From: Camelus dromedarius
Lineage: Eukaryota
Assembly (NCBI RefSeq): GCF_036321535.1
Contig: NC_087437.1
Coordinates: forward strand, 19,098,001 to 19,162,000
Reading direction: 5' to 3'
DNA length: 64,000 nucleotides
Positions 25,160 to 39,215 of this stretch are shown one piece after another. The notes below the pieces were generated by a model that was not told the origin of the DNA, searched no databases, and was given only the letters and a program-made list of their open reading frames with translations. How positions within the stretch are numbered: position 1 is the first letter of the stretch; every line of letters starts with the position of its first letter. Made by a program: the position numbers and the translations under genes.

Positions 25160-28100
25160 AGTAGATGTAGAAGAAAGTATTTGATAAAATTCAGCATCCA
25201 TTCATGACTGAAAAAGAACTCTCAGCAAACTAGGAGTGGAAAGGAATCTTCTCAATCTGATAAAGGGTATCTACAGAAAAAACTTATAGTTAACATAAGG
25301 AAAAACCTTTATAGCATCACACTCAGTGGTAAAATGTTGGACACTTTCCTCCTGAGGTTGGAAACAAGACAGAGGTGTCCACTATCACTACATCTTTCAC
25401 CACTGTTCTGGGGCGCCTGGAAAGCGCTAAGAGACACAGGACTGGAAAGCAAAAGGATACAGGTCTTTCTTTGCAGGTGAAATGATTATATATTGGAAAA
25501 TTCAAAAGAATCTGAAAACTATTAATAATCATTAGCATAATTAATAAGTACATTTAGTAAAACCATTTTATATAAAGACATTATATAAAATCATGTGTAA
25601 TTCTATGACCAGTAACCAGCAATTGGAAAATGAAATTTTAAAGGTGACACTATTTATAATTGCATCAAACATTAAGTATCTGGAATAAGTCTATTTAAGA
25701 TGCATATAACCTCTACACTGAAAATTATAAACAGTGCTGGGAGAACTTAAGGAAGAGCTAAGTAAATGAATAGATATTTCATGTTCATGGACTGGAAAAT
25801 TCAATATTTAACACTATGTCAATTCTTTCCAAATTGATCTGTGAATTCAGCTCAACCCTAATCAACTTTCCAACAGAATTTTTTGATGTGAATAGTGACA
25901 AATTGATTCCAAACTTTATGTTGCAAAGCAAAAGACCTAGAGTAGCCAAGCAATCTTGAAGAATAAGAACAAAGTTGGAGAATTTTCACTACCAGATTTC
26001 AAGACTTACTGTAAAGCCACAGTAACTGTGACTTGTTAAGTCAGTGTACTATTGGCACAGATAGAAAAATAAAATAATGGAACAGAATAGAAAGACTCAG
26101 TATGTGGTTCCTTGATTTACAGCAAAGGTGTCACTACAGTTTGGTGGGGGAAAGGATCGTGTTTGCCAACATCGATGCTAAAGCAATTGGATATTTGTAT
26201 ACAAAACAAAAGCAAAAACAAAAACCCTTGATAGGGATCACACCATATAAAATTTAAGGTAGATCATAGACCTAAATATGAAGGGTTAATCAATAAAGCT
26301 TCTAGACATCAACAAAATGAAAAGGCAATCTACTGAATGAGAAAATATATTTGTAAATGATATATCCAATAAAGCATTGGTAAACTATTTAAGAATTCAT
26401 ACAATTCAATAGCAAAAAACAAAACAAAAAAAAACAAGCCAAATAATCCAATTAAAAAATGGGCAAAGGACTTGAATAGACATTTTTCCAAAGAAGACAT
26501 ACAGGTGATCAACAGAAACAGGAAAAGATGCTCAACATCACTAATCATCAGAGAAATGCAAATCAAAACCACAATGAGATATCACCTGTCACCTGTCAGA
26601 ATGGTTATTATCAAAAAGACAAGAAATAGCAAGTGTTGGCAAATATGTGGAGAAAAGAAAATGCTCATGTACTGTTAATGGGAAGATAAATTGGTGCAGC
26701 CACTATGGAAAACAGTATGGCATTTCCTCAAAAAATTAAAAATAGAACTAGCATACAAGCCAGCAGTTCTGCTCTTGGTAATTTATCCAAAGAAAACAAA
26801 AACACTAATTCAAAAAGATATATATACCCCCCCATGTTCATTGCAGCATTATTTACAATAGCCAAGATATGAAAACAACCTATGTGTCCATCCATAGATG
26901 AGTGGATAAAGAAGTTATGGTATAATATACAATGGAATATTACTAAACCATAAAAAAGAATGAAACCTTGCCATTTGCAACAACATAGATGGGCCTAGAG
27001 GATATTGTGCTAAGTGAAATAAGGCAAAGACAAATACCATATGATTTCTCTCATATGTAGAATAAAAAGCAGAACAAATGAACAAACAAGACAGAACAGA
27101 AACAGACTCATAGATACAGAGAACAAATGGGCAGTTGCCAGAAAGGAGGTGGGTAGGGAGACTGGTAAAACAGGTGAAGGGGATTAAGAGGTAGGAACTT
27201 CCAGGTAGAAAATAAATAAGTCACAGGGATATAATGTACAGCATAGGGAATACAGTCAATAATATTGCAATACTTTGTATGGTGACAGATGTTAACTAGA
27301 CTTATTGTGGTGATCATTTCATAATGTATAAAATTATTGAACCATTATGTGTACACCTGAAATAATATAATACTGTATGTCAATTATAATTCAATTAAAA
27401 ATAAATCTTCTAGAAGAAAATAGAGATTTTCACAACCCTGGGATAGGAAGAGTTTTTTAAACAAGACACAAAAAGCACAAAAAAAAAATTTGTCAAAAAA
27501 AATTTAAAGAGAAAATAAAAAAGCCTTAGACTGGGAGAAGATATTTGCAATACATATATAACAAAAGACTTGTGTTTAGAATATATAAAGAACTCTTTTA
27601 AATCAGTAACAAAAAGACAAACAATCCATTTTAAAAATGAGCAAGACTTGGGGGCAAATATTTCTCAAAAGATCTCCACGTGGCCATAAACATATGAAAA
27701 ATTTGATCATTACTTACATTAGAAATGTAAATTAAGACTGAAATAAGAAGGTTCTATATACACCCAGCATGACAAACATACAGACAGACAGACAATAATA
27801 ACCACCTGAAAATTCCAAGTGCTGACAGGGTTGTGGAAACCCTCTATAATGCTTGGTAGGAGTATTAATCGACCCAACCACTTTGGAAAACTATTTGGCA
27901 TTATCTACAACAGCTAAACAGGCATACATATGGCCAACAATTTTACTCTGTGTTATGTATCTAGGATGAAAATAAGCCTAACATCATTCATAACAGACTG
28001 ATTCATAATAGTCCAAAACTAAAAAAGGAAACACCCTAAATATCCATCTACAAAGAGGATTGACAAGTAAATCAGACTATATTCAGACAATGGAATACTA

Positions 28101-28160
28101 CACATCACAAAAAGGAGAATGAACTATTGATACACAAGACAGCATGGATGAATCTTGTAT
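25160..28160 (+). mobile_element. Old L1 (L1MB/MC-like) ORF2 to 3' region, split by a younger L1
   Basis: agatgtagaagaaagtatttgataaaattcagcatccattcatga and other decayed ORF2 RT motifs; resumes at 27415. Confidence 0.85.
26307..27399 (+). mobile_element. L1 (L1MA-like) 3' ~1.1 kb nested in the older L1
   Basis: ORF 26472-26678 ([10 protein letters not shown]...[21 protein letters not shown]); TSD aataaagcttctaga (26292-26306) / aataaatcttctaga (27400-27414). Confidence 0.9.
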
Positions 28161-28524
28161 GTGGGTGGTCCTCATGCCTGATCATTATTCCAAGTAGATG
28201 ATCCCATAGTCTACTGAGAAAGTAGATTGTTTCTAATTATTACAGAGGTTAATGTTGCTGATTCATAGAAATGCACTTCTAAAATGTCAATAGACAATGT
28301 CCAATAACCCCCCTCCCCAAAAGATATATAAATTTGTGCCTCCACCTCCTGTGTGAGAATAGATGGCTCTAGTTAGAACTCATTATGCTTGCCTTTGGGG
28401 TGAACTGCCCACAGGGCTCTTCACAACATTCCTGATGGTGTCACCTCTGTGTGTGACCAGCCCCTGAATGGGAATGAAGAAGGCAGGGCAGGAATAAGAC
28501 TCCATGGCATGAAAATGCATTCTT

Positions 28525-28631
28525 GGTGGGAGGGGGTATAGCTCAGTGATACAGCGTGTGCTTAGCATACATGAGGTCCTGGGTTTAATCCCTAGTACCT
28601 CCACTAACAAAAATTTTTTAAAAACTTAAGA
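28525..28631 (+). mobile_element. tRNA-Ala-derived SINE (Vic-1 type), short-tail form
   Basis: gggggtatagctcagtgatacagcgtgtgcttagcatacatgaggtcctgggtttaatccctagtacctcc; TSD aaaatgcattc at 28512-28522 and 28632-28642. Confidence 0.9.
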
Positions 28632-29094
28632 AAAATGCATTCCTTACATAAGTTTCAGATACTTGGAAGCTGCACAACCCCTAACAAGAAAGTGAGGGCT
28701 GAGCCTCTAAGAAAAATACGTCTTTGGGAAAGAAAAGTATTTTCTATGAGAAGAAGAATATAGAAAGAGGGGACCATCTTTGGGATTGGCACAGACTCAA
28801 GCAAATGAAGAGTTTTGTTTATGTGTTAAAAGATTTACTTGCTATCTTTTCAAAGAGGCCATCAGCAATTTGACAAGATCTGTTAAATTGAAAACTGCCT
28901 TATCCTTCAACTCAGGACTTCTATTTCTAAAAATTCTCACTCAACAATGGTCAGATATATGCACAAGTATGTCCAGGGTTTGTTGGAAAAGTGAAAAGCC
29001 TAAAAAACTCCTAAATGTCTGTCAGTAGGAGAATGAAGAAATAAATTTTAATACATCCATATGCTGGAATACTATGCAGCCATGAGTATACAAT

Positions 29095-29545
29095 ATCAGT
29101 ATACAAGTCTTTCACCTCCCCTAGCTAAGTTTATTCCTAAGTATTTCATTCTCTTTTGGTGCTATTGTAAATAATATTATTTTCATAATTTCCTTTTCAG
29201 GTGGCTTGTTAGTTTATAGAGTTAGTGTATGTTTATTTTGTATCCTGCAACTTTACTGAATTTGTTGATTAGATCTAAAGTTTTTTTTGGTGGTGTTTTT
29301 AGGGTTTTCTATATGTAAGATCACATCATCTGCAAACAGGAACAATTTTACTTCTTATTTCTTAGTTGGATTTCTTTTATTTCTTTTTCTTGACTAATTG
29401 CTCTGGCTAGGACTTCCACTACTATGTCGAATAGAAGCAGTGAGAGTGGGCATCCTTGCCTTGTTCCTGATCTTAGAGGAAAGGCTTTCAACCTTTCACC
29501 ATTGAATATGTTGTTAGATGTGGATTTGTCATACGTGGTCTTTAC
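29095..29545 (-). mobile_element. L1 ORF2 RT-region fragment (inverted relative to the adjacent L1)
   Basis: Minus ORF 29348-29560: [43 protein letters not shown]. Confidence 0.9.
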
Positions 29546-29559
29546 TTTGGTATTTTCCA

Positions 29560-30950
29560 AAATACCTCAACATGACAAAGCTACGATAATTAAGACAAGA
29601 TGGTACTGGCATAAAGACAGACATGTAGACCAATGGAACAGAATACAAAGCCCAGAAATAAATCCACACATTAATGGCCAACTGATCTTCGACATGGTTA
29701 CCAAGAATACACAACAGTGGAGGGATAGACTCTTCAACAAATGGTGTTGTGAAAACTGCATATCTATATGCAAAATAATGAAATTGGACCCTTAACATAC
29801 ACATGCACAACAATCAACTCAAAATGAATTAAAGACTTAAACATAAAACCTAAAACTAAAACTTCTAGAAGAAAACATAGGGGAAAATCTTCATGACACT
29901 GGTCTTGGCAATATCATGGACGTGACACCAAAAGCAAAAGCAACAAAAACAAAATAAACCAGTCGGACTAGATCAAACTAAAAAGCTTCTGCACAGCAGA
30001 GGAAATAATCAATAGCTGAAAAGGCAACCTCCAGAATTCAAACTGTATATTTGATAAGGAGTTAATCTCCAAAATATGTAACTTAACTCCAGCTTAATAG
30101 CAGCAAAACTAATAACCTGATTAAAAATGGGTTAAGGATTTGAATAGACATTTTTCTGAAGAAGACATACAGGCAGCCCCTAATCACTAAATCACTAATC
30201 AGGGAATGTAAATCAGAACCACAATGAGATATTACCGCACTTGTCAGAATGGCTATTATCAAAAAACATAAAAGAACAAATATTGGCAAGGATGTGGAGA
30301 AATTGGAACCCTTGTACACTGTTTCTGGAAATGCAAAATGGTACCGCCATTGTGGAAAACAATTTTGAGGTTCCTCAACGTTTTAAAAATAGAACCAGTA
30401 ATCCCACTTCTGGGTGTCTGTCCAAAAGAATTGAAACCAGGGTCTTGGCACGGTATTAGCACTTCCATGTTTGCCACAGCACAGCACTGTTCACAACAGC
30501 CAAGATGTGAAAGTCATCTAAATGTTCACTGACATCAGGTAAATCAATAAAGAAAACATGGTATATACATACAATGGACTATTATTCAGCCTCAAAAAGA
30601 AGGAAATTCTGCAATGTGCGACATCGTGGAGGAACTTTGAGGACATTATGCTAAGTGAAATAAGCCAGTCACAAAATGACAAATACTGAATGATTCCACT
30701 TATATGAGGTATCTATAGTAGTCAAATTCATAGAGTCAAAGAGTTGAACGGTGATTGCCAGGGGCTCAAGATAGGGGAAATGAAGAGTGACAGTCAATAG
30801 GCATAAAATTGCAGTTATGCAAAATTAGTAAGTTCTAGAGATCTGCTGTACCAGATTGTACCCATAGTCAGCAATTCATTATGTACACTTAAAATTTTGT
30901 TAAAAGGGTCATTTCATGTTAAGTATTCTTGTCACAATAAAAAACACACA
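29560..30950 (+). mobile_element. L1 ORF2 C-terminus plus 3'UTR
   Basis: [31 protein letters not shown] in ORF 29424-29795; 3'UTR ends at aataaaaaa (~30936-30944). Confidence 0.9.
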
Positions 30951-30956
30951 ACTTTT

Positions 30957-31094
30957 GAGGGAGGATATAGCTCAGTGGTAGAGTGCATGCTTAGCAAGCA
31001 CGATGTCATAGGTTCAATCCCCAGTACCTCTGTTAAAAGAAAAAAGTTAAATAAATAAATGTAATTACTCCCTGGCTGCCAAAACAAACAAGCA
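30957..31094 (+). mobile_element. tRNA-Ala-derived SINE (Vic-1 type), long-tail form
   Basis: gagggaggatatagctcagtggtagagtgcatgcttagcaagc...; TSD aaaaacacacaactttt (30940-30956) / aaaaacacagaactttt (31095-31111). Confidence 0.92.
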
Positions 31095-32979
31095 AAAAAC
31101 ACAGAACTTTTGTTTTTAAAGGAACCCTAGAGGAAAACAGCATTCAGCGGCCCCTCTTCCCCTCATCTGGGAGTTGGGAATGTGGAGACCCTGGCCTGAT
31201 GACATCTGATTGGGAGTGTCCAGTTGGGTGGGGGAAAGGATAATGGCTCCCTGCCGCCACCCCCATCATCCTCCCACCTACAAAGGGAAAAATAAGAACC
31301 AGAGGCCCCAGGCACTCCCGGGAGGTCTGGTCCTGACAGCTTCCTCTCGGAACAATGAGCTGACACTGGATAGTTTGCAATCACCCGCCAGTTACTTTTC
31401 CTGTCATGGCTCAATCAGCTTGTCAGGACCTGGGAAATGAGGTGGCGTCTCTGGATGTGCGGGTTCCGGTTGGACAACCTCAGAGCCCCTAAATGCATTC
31501 CAGCTCCCCAGGTTCTGAGCCAGCTTCTTTGCCTGCCTGCTTTTAGAGGGATGTTGAAAAAAAAAAAAAAAGGTGGCCAACTGAGTGAGTTGGTTTCAAT
31601 TTCCTTTGCCCAAAGATGTCATGTGTTGTGTTCTTGCTGGTGGTCTCCACTGCTGGGGTGGCTGCACTCATATGCTCATTGGGAGAGAAGCGGTGACTAC
31701 TGGAGTGTCCGCCTTGCACTTGCGCTCTTCCCAAGGCTGATTTAAGCTTTTACATTATTCTTCCCAAATCTCAGTCTGCTCCATGCTGGCTGCTGGAGAC
31801 AACACTGAAGCGATACATTCTTTACCCTCCAAGAGCTCATAGCTGAGTGGCATGCCTATAGCACAAGCAATAGTAGGGTGTGGAATAATGGGATGGGGGG
31901 AAGGTGCCTGCCTCTCTGGTTAGTGCGACAGAGCTCTGGCTGGGGCCCAGGACTTCTAGGTCATAGACCCACATCTGCTACTTTTTCTACATCACTGTGC
32001 AAACTGAAACTGATCTCTTAATTTCTGAGGGCCTCAGTTTTCCCCTGTGAAAACTGGGAGGGAAGACTCTGTCCTAACAACCTCCTAGAATCATTATAAG
32101 GGGCGAAAATCAGCTGTAAAGCTGCCTGGGAGAAGAGGGGTACAAAGGTGGCTTAGGTGCTGATGTTTATGCTTGTTCTGTTTGCTGCTGTCAGTGAACA
32201 GAGGGCTATGACTTTGGTATTGCACTTGGGGAAACCATACCTTGAAGTTCTTTGTTTCTCTGAGTATACCCAGAGTCCTCCCAGAACCCCAGCATCACTG
32301 TCAACAGTAACACAGCCCTGTTGCCCTTCACGATGAATATATGGTTGGGCAGTGCTGGCTGGTGGCCCAGCTGTCCAGATAGAGCCCTCCTAGGAGCAAC
32401 TAGTGCAAGTCCACATGGGTTCAGGCTTGAAGGTGTCCACCACATGGATGGAAGCTGGGAGCAAGGATGAGAAGGGGCTTTGCAGTGGTACAGAAAAAGT
32501 CCTGGCCTATAACTCTCATAGTTCATAATAGAGCCTATGTTTATTTCCCTGTTCCTCTCCCCACACTTTGGATGAATATTAGAATGTCCCTGCCTGGATG
32601 CAGCAATTTTAGAAGAAGATAGAGTTGGAGGGTCACAGAGTAAGCAATGCTCCTGAGGGTTGTACAGGGTGGCAGACCGAGGACAGAGGCATCCTGATGA
32701 GGGATGATTCTCAGGTCATAGGAGTCAGGAGGCGGGGGCTGCCTGTCCCTCCTCAGGACTCTATTCTCTAGCCTTTGGAACCCACGCACTTGCTGGTCTG
32801 CACTTTTCTCTCTCTTCTCCTCACCGCTTTTTCCTTTTCCTTACCTTCCTTTCCTTTTCTTCCTTTCCCCTCTCTCGTCACTCAATCCCAGCTCTGCTCA
32901 GGTATCCCATCTTCTCCAGGTACACCCAGCCCAGAAGCATTAGTGCAAATTTCTGTTTCCATCTTCTTTCATTACTAGT

Positions 32980-33710
32980 GTGTTTTCTTTACATCCTTGA
33001 TCATAATTATAACGACTTCTTTAAAATTCTTATCTGTTAATTCCACCATCTGGATCTTCATTAATTGTCTTTTCTCTTGTGAATTGATTACATTGTCCTG
33101 TTCTTCATAGATTGAGTAATATTTTTTAATTGTATCCTACACATTGTGAGTGTAATTGTGGAGGCATTGGATTTTGTTATATTCTTATGGAGAGCGCTTA
33201 CTTTTGTTTTAGCTTGTAATTAACTTGGTTGGATTCAAACTGCAAACTCTTTTTCGGGGGCTACAACACAAATCTCACTGAGTTCTTTTATCCCTAGCCG
33301 GGCAGCTATGAGCCTGCTCCCTGAGTGCGTGGATCAGCAGTCACCAGAGGTTTGACAGAGTTTCTGGGTAGAATTCAGGGCTCTTCATCTTCAGATTTCT
33401 GCTTAGAAAGGAGATTCCTCTTTCACTTTCCAACAGCTAAGGTTTCCCTGAGCTTTATCCTTTGGTTCTTTAAGCCAGAAAAACTGTGTTTTCTGTAAGA
33501 ACTTTGGTTACTCCCTCATGGTGCTCACCACTCAGCGTCTGTTCAAGCTTTGAACTGTCTTCAAGCTAAAAGCCATAAAAATGGGTAACAGCCTGTGCCC
33601 CATCCCTGTTCAAATGCCAACTCCCCCTCCAAAATCTGCTTACTTTTGTTCACTCTCCTTTAGATAGTTGCATTTTTAATTTTGCCCAGAGTTAATAGTT
33701 ATTATCACTG
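32980..33710 (-). mobile_element. Old L1M/HAL1-like 5'-region fragment
   Basis: AT-rich and T-skewed; resembles ancient L1M 5'/ORF1-proximal sequence (tttaaaattcttatctgttaattccaccatctgg). Confidence 0.5.
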
Positions 33711-33769
33711 GGGCCAGTAAGAGTCCATTGGTTGTATCAAAAGTAGAACTCCTGTTTTTCTCTTTGACC

Positions 33770-34100
33770 ATTTTTAGAGTATGGCCTTCTTTTCAAAGAT
33801 TGTCTCATGGCTGCAACATGACTATGGCAGCTCAAGCCATCAAGTTAACATCCCAGGCTGGAGTAACGATGGAAGACAAAGGGCAACATGTGCTTTCCAG
33901 CTGCATCAGCCACCCTTTAAAGGATATTCCTATAATTCTCCCCTAACAACTTCTACCTACATCCCATTGGGCAGAATTTAATTGCAAAGTTATGAATGAA
34001 ATGTAATTATTAAGCTGGGCACCTTGGAATTCCCAACAGAATTAGAGTTAAGTGAGTAAGGAAGGAGAGAGAATGACTCAGGAAGGCAGCTAGAAGCTTT
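33770..34100 (-). mobile_element. MaLR LTR (MLT1J/K-like) fragment
   Basis: tctcatggctgcaacatgactatggcagctcaagccatca...acttctacctacatcccattgggcagaa. Confidence 0.55.
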
Positions 34101-36169
34101 CCCATTTCATAGGGATATAAGGAAGATTAAAAATGTTAATACATGTTAACTGCTTAGTACCACCCCTGGACAGAGACAGCGCTCCATAAATGTTAGTTTT
34201 AGTATTGCTATACGTTTCACAATATACATAATCCAGGACATGATGGAAGTCCTAAAGAGAGACACCTAGCCCAACGAAGAACGGAGGAGTGAAAAGGGAG
34301 ACCTCCTGGAGGCAGTGACAGCTGAGCCAAGTCTGAGAGAGAGGTAAATGTTAACCAGGTAAGAAAGGAAAGGAGTTCCAGGCAGGAGGAAGAGCTGAGT
34401 GAAAGCTTGGCAGTGAGAAACAGCCTGTTGTGTGTGCAGATAGATATAATAATATTCCATAGAAAGTACAGAATGGCGAGTAAAGAGGGAGTCAGGATGA
34501 GGACATGGAAAGGAGCTGGTTCATCTCTAGTGTCCAGAAAAGTGTCCAGCACACATTAGGAGACAATTATGTATGTGGCTGGGTAGCAGTCAAGTTGGAA
34601 CTCACATGCGTGCACACACACGCCTGCTTTACCTAATCCTACAGGCCTCCTGTGGGAGAGAAACCTGGTGGAAATAAGCCAAGTACTGCAAACCTTCCTG
34701 CCTCTGGGAGTTCAGGGCAGAGGTGCAGAGTCGTGGGCTGGGTGGTCACTGTGGCCCCCTGAGAGATCTGGACCCCCCAAACCCATAACTCTTCCCAGAG
34801 ATAGAGGCTTTCAAAAACACACTTGACAAGTTCGGTCAAACAGGAAGACAAGAGCTGATAGTGTGGGGAGGAGGCGAGAATGGGGGCTTGCTGCCTGGGC
34901 CTCTTCCAGACTTCCCCTCCCACCCTCACGCCAGCCTAGGGCTGGTTCCTGACACCCAGTTGCCCTCGGGTGGAGGGATGTAAGCACCTATGCGCCAGAT
35001 GTGCATGAGGCTGTGGGGTTTTCCTCTGCTTGTGCCCCTTTGCTTGGGGACAAAGCATCCCCATAGTGTCAGCCAGGAACTTTCTTCCACTCTCTTATTC
35101 TCTTGCTGCTGGAAGCTCCTCCTGGCTAATAATCTCACTGTTCCTCCTGACTCCTCTCTGCAGTACTTCCCTCAGTTCAGTTCAGTCCACATTTATTGCA
35201 CAGCTGTGAGCTGCCAGGGTCCCGTCCTGGGCCTGGGAGAGCTCTGCCTGGGATGTGTGTGTGGGGTGTGTGTGTGGGGGTGTGTGTGTAGGGTGAGTAT
35301 TTGATATTAGATATGTGCTATTAGAACATAGTAGATCTACCCTGTCTTCCTTTTTGCTGTAGAGAAATATTCTGTTATGGCTAAACTGCAGTTTTGGCCT
35401 TTCCTTTGTTCATGGGTGTTTAGCTTGTTCTTGGGGCTCTGATAGTCACATAGTGCTGCAGCAGCGTGCCTGTGTGTGCCCCTTCAGACACCTGCACGTG
35501 GGTGAATGGCTCTGGGGCCCGGCAGTGAGAGGGGCAGTCCAGGGATGCCAACGGCAAGTTGCCCTCCCAAGAAACCGCACCAACTTACACTCAGCGGAGC
35601 TGTAACAACCCGTTTCCCCATATTTTCCGTTTTCTCGTCAACCCCTGACCTTATCATACATTTCAAATGTTGTCAGTAGAATCATGTCCTTATTTGCTTA
35701 CCCCCTGCACTCAGTGTCCCCTTGAGGAGACTCTGAACTCCTCAAGGTCAGGGACAATTTGTGTCTTGCTTAACTTTGATTCAGAGTTTTAAAAAAAAAT
35801 TCCATTTTCTTTCTCAATTGATTTAGGAAGTTTAACTCTCATTTTAGCGGTGAATCTTAAAGTTTTAACAGGTACCTTTAATACTTAAAGGTAATCACCT
35901 TTCTCCCATCTTCCATGCCTTCCTTGTTATTATTGTGCACTAGTTCAGGTCCAAATTGCTTTTTTTCCCCCCAATATGGCCATTATTATCACTTAGTAGA
36001 ACTGATGCTACTTAGCTTTGCCTACACGTTTACCGTTTTCTTTCTTCCCAGTTCCTTCCTGTATACACGATCTTTCTGGTTCAGTTTCCTTCTTCTTTTG
36101 GTCTTTTAGAGAAGGTATATGGTAGTAAATTGAGTTCTTTGTCTGAAAGGCTATTGTCCTCTAATTCTT

Positions 36170-36740
36170 ATTTTCCCTCCAGCTTTATTGAGGCATAATT
36201 GACAATTTTAGACTGCACATATTTAAGATGTACAACTTGATGATTTGATATACGTATACATTGTGAAATAGTCACCATGATGAAGCTAATTAACAAATTC
36301 ATTGCAACTATTTGTGTATGTGTGTGCATAATGAGAACACTTAAGATCTGCCCTGTTAGCAAATTTCAAAAATATAATACTGTATTTTAGCTATAGGCAT
36401 ATTGTTGTACATTAGACTTCCAGAACTTAACTTGCATAACTGAAACTTTGTACCTCTTGACCAGCATCTCCTCATTTCTCCCTCCTTCCCAGCCCCTGGT
36501 AACCACCATCCTACTCTCTGGTTCTATGAGCTTGATTATTTTAGATTCCACATATAAGGGAGACAATGCGGTATTTGTCTTTATGCATGTGGCCTATTTC
36601 ATTTAGCATAATATCCTCTAGGTTCATCCATGTTGTTGCAAATGGCAGGCTTGCCTTCTTTTTTAAGGCTGAGTAATATTCCATTGTGTGTATATGAGGG
36701 TGTGTGTATCTCACATCTTTATACATTCATCCATCAACAG
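36170..36740 (-). mobile_element. L1 (L1MA-like) 3' end
   Basis: agctttattgaggcataattgac...; minus ORF 36541-36726 (MEYYSALKK..LPFATTWMNLEDIML); degenerate TSD tattgtcctctaattctt (36152-36169) / tattatcctcattctt (36741-36756). Confidence 0.88.
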
Positions 36741-37305
36741 TATTATCCTCATTCTTGAGTGAGAGTTGAGCTGAGTTTAGAATTCTAGGGAGATAGTTAT
36801 TTTCCTTCAGCATGCTGATGATATCATTCCTCTGCTTTTTGGCTTCCATTGTGGCTGTTGGTCTGCCTGTTGTTCTTTTATAAGTATCTGTCTTTTCTGT
36901 ATTGCATTCTTGAAAAATCTTTTCTATGTCTTCTTCAGTCTCACTATGATGTGTGTACATGTGAATTAATTTTTATTTATTCTGCTTGGATTTCTTGTGA
37001 TTCTTGGATCTGATGACTCATGTCCTTTATCAACTATTAAAAGATTCTTAGCCATTATTTCTTCAAATATTGTCTGTCCCTAAATTGCATCTTCAGGAAT
37101 CTCAGTTAGACACAGTTTAGGCCTTCTCATTTTATCCTCCATGTCTCTCAGTGTCTCTTACATTTTTCTTTTTTTTTTTTAAATCTCTGTGCTACATTAT
37201 ACCATTTCTTTAGAAATGTCTTCCAGCTCACAAATTCTTCATTCAACTGTTTAACCAATTCCATTGGGCTTTAAATTTCAGTGATTTGAGTTTCCATTTT
37301 AAGGT

Positions 37306-37306
<1 letters not shown>

Positions 37307-37358
<52 letters not shown>

Positions 37359-37382
37359 CATCCATCCATCCACCTATCCATC
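37307..37382. repeat. (TATC)n/(TCCA)n tetranucleotide microsatellite
   Basis: Directly visible. Confidence 0.97.
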
Positions 37383-39119
37383 TAATAGGCCTGGTCAGTT
37401 TTATTAGTCTCTGTTCCTTGCTTTACTAGCACTTCAGTTCCTCGTTTTACTTTGTTAAATAATTTAAACTTGCTAATTTCATATTTTGTACCTGATCGTT
37501 CCAGTGTTTCAAGTCCTTCTGGATATACTTCTCCTCGTTGTTTCTGATGATTCCCACTTACTGTTCCTTATGTGTCTTACACCTTTCTGACTGCAAGCTC
37601 TGTCGACCACTCTAAACCTGGAGGGAACCTTGGGGGCCTGGGTTGGTGGTGCTCCTCCAGAGGGAATTTGCTTTTGCCTTTGTCAGATGCCACAAAGCCT
37701 TGCCCGTCTGGGACCATTTTAATTTCATGACTTGGGGTTTCCTGGACCAAGCAGAAAGTATAAATTTGACCCCCAGGCTTGCAGAGCTCAGGACTATGCT
37801 TATGAATTGTCAGCAGTCTTTATTCTTTTATTTTCCTTTTCCCCACTTGGATCCAAGCCTAAGATCAAATCTTAGACCTGTTATCTCATCTCCCTTTGAT
37901 GGTGGAGAGACTTTTTTTCTAGTTCATCCTTTCACTGAGGGTGTAGCCCTTCATAGACCCCAACTTCTGTGTGTGGAGCTGGATAGGGGATAAAAGCACA
38001 CATATGCCTAAGGCCTTGTCTCCTCTGCTGCCAATAAACCCTGAGATCCCAGTGTCCCTGTATCAGCGAATACCTGGGAGCTGCCCTGGTGCAGCCCTGG
38101 CTCTCCAGGCTAGAGACCCATCTTCTCTTCACCTTTGACATTTGGCATGTCCTTGTCTTACTCCAGATTCAGCCCTTCATTTAAAAAGATTGTTTGATGT
38201 ATTTCATCTAGCACTTACATTTTTAAAACCAGAAGTTTGTTTGTTTGCTTTTTGAATGTTGAATCCATAATACTTCCAGGAGCAGAAATCCTTATCAAGA
38301 TTTTGAAGTATGAGTAGGAGTTCAGTACTGACCATGTCACAGTTTGGCACTCAGCCATCACATCTGTAATTATTTCATATTGTAGACACGTTGCTCAGCC
38401 TGTTTTAGCTCTTTGCAAACTCCTCAGACTTGGTGCCAGGTTCTAGGCTGAGCATGGCTTCCTGCTACAGAATGTCTGAGTGGCTCAGCCCATGCTGTCC
38501 CCATCCTAGACTTCTTTGCCTGCAATTCCACTATCAGCTCTTTTACCATCACTGTTGCAGTGGATGGTAAGTACGTGGACCCTCAGCACAGGGATGTATC
38601 CTAATAGCCTGGCTGGCTGGCAAGCCCCTGCCCTCGCTCTGTCTCCTCTGACTTTCTAGGATGTGGACTGTAGCCTCAGGATACTGTGTTCCTGCTGGAA
38701 CTCCTGCCCAACCTCCTTCCCTCACCTGGGAGCCAGGCTAGAGCTTCCTGTAACACAGGAGACGTATGCTTAGAGATTTGTTCTCTGGGGTCATCCCTTC
38801 TTAGAACCCTTCTAGAAAAGAGACCAGTTCATTGCCTATTGACTATTAAGACTTTAATGTGAATGAGCTTGTCTGACACTATAATAATGGTCATAGCCAG
38901 AGTTTCTAAAGTTCCCACAGTGCACTCAGTGATTTTTATTGAGACCACACACTGAGAGCAGAGTTGGGGAAAGATCACTCCATAGATCAATGTATTGCCT
39001 AGAAACCATGGTTGGCCAAGAGGGTACTGAGATGAGTTCCAAGGTGTGATAGGGTTCAGAAGGATTCTGAGGGCTTGGAAAGGGGAGTCATCACTGGCAG
39101 GGGAGGGGGACAGATGAAC

Positions 39120-39215
39120 ATGCATCATTCATTCAGTCAACAAACACTCTTTGAGCCCCTACTGAGTGCCAGGCATTGTGTTGGGTGCTAGGAATATGGA
39201 TAAGAATTAGGAATG
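39120..39215 (-). mobile_element. L2 3' end
   Basis: cattcattcagtcaacaaacactctttgagcccctactgagtgccaggcattgtgttgggtgctagg. Confidence 0.75.

Larger units (their letters stand above)
35790..38290 (-). mobile_element. HAL1/ancient L1 ORF1-bearing element, split by an L1MA-like insert
   Basis: Minus ORF 36727-36960 (ATMEAKKQRNDIISMLKENNYLPRILNSAQLSLKNE) is L1 ORF1 C-terminal-like; no ORF2 follows downstream, which favours HAL1. Confidence 0.6.

Noticed and set aside
28528..28602. tRNA-Ala(AGC) gene (likewise at ~6965-7041, 30960, 54745 and 59050-59127)
   Set aside because: Each copy has stem-disrupting substitutions and an A-rich tail, and some have TSDs. These are SINE copies, not functional tRNA genes.
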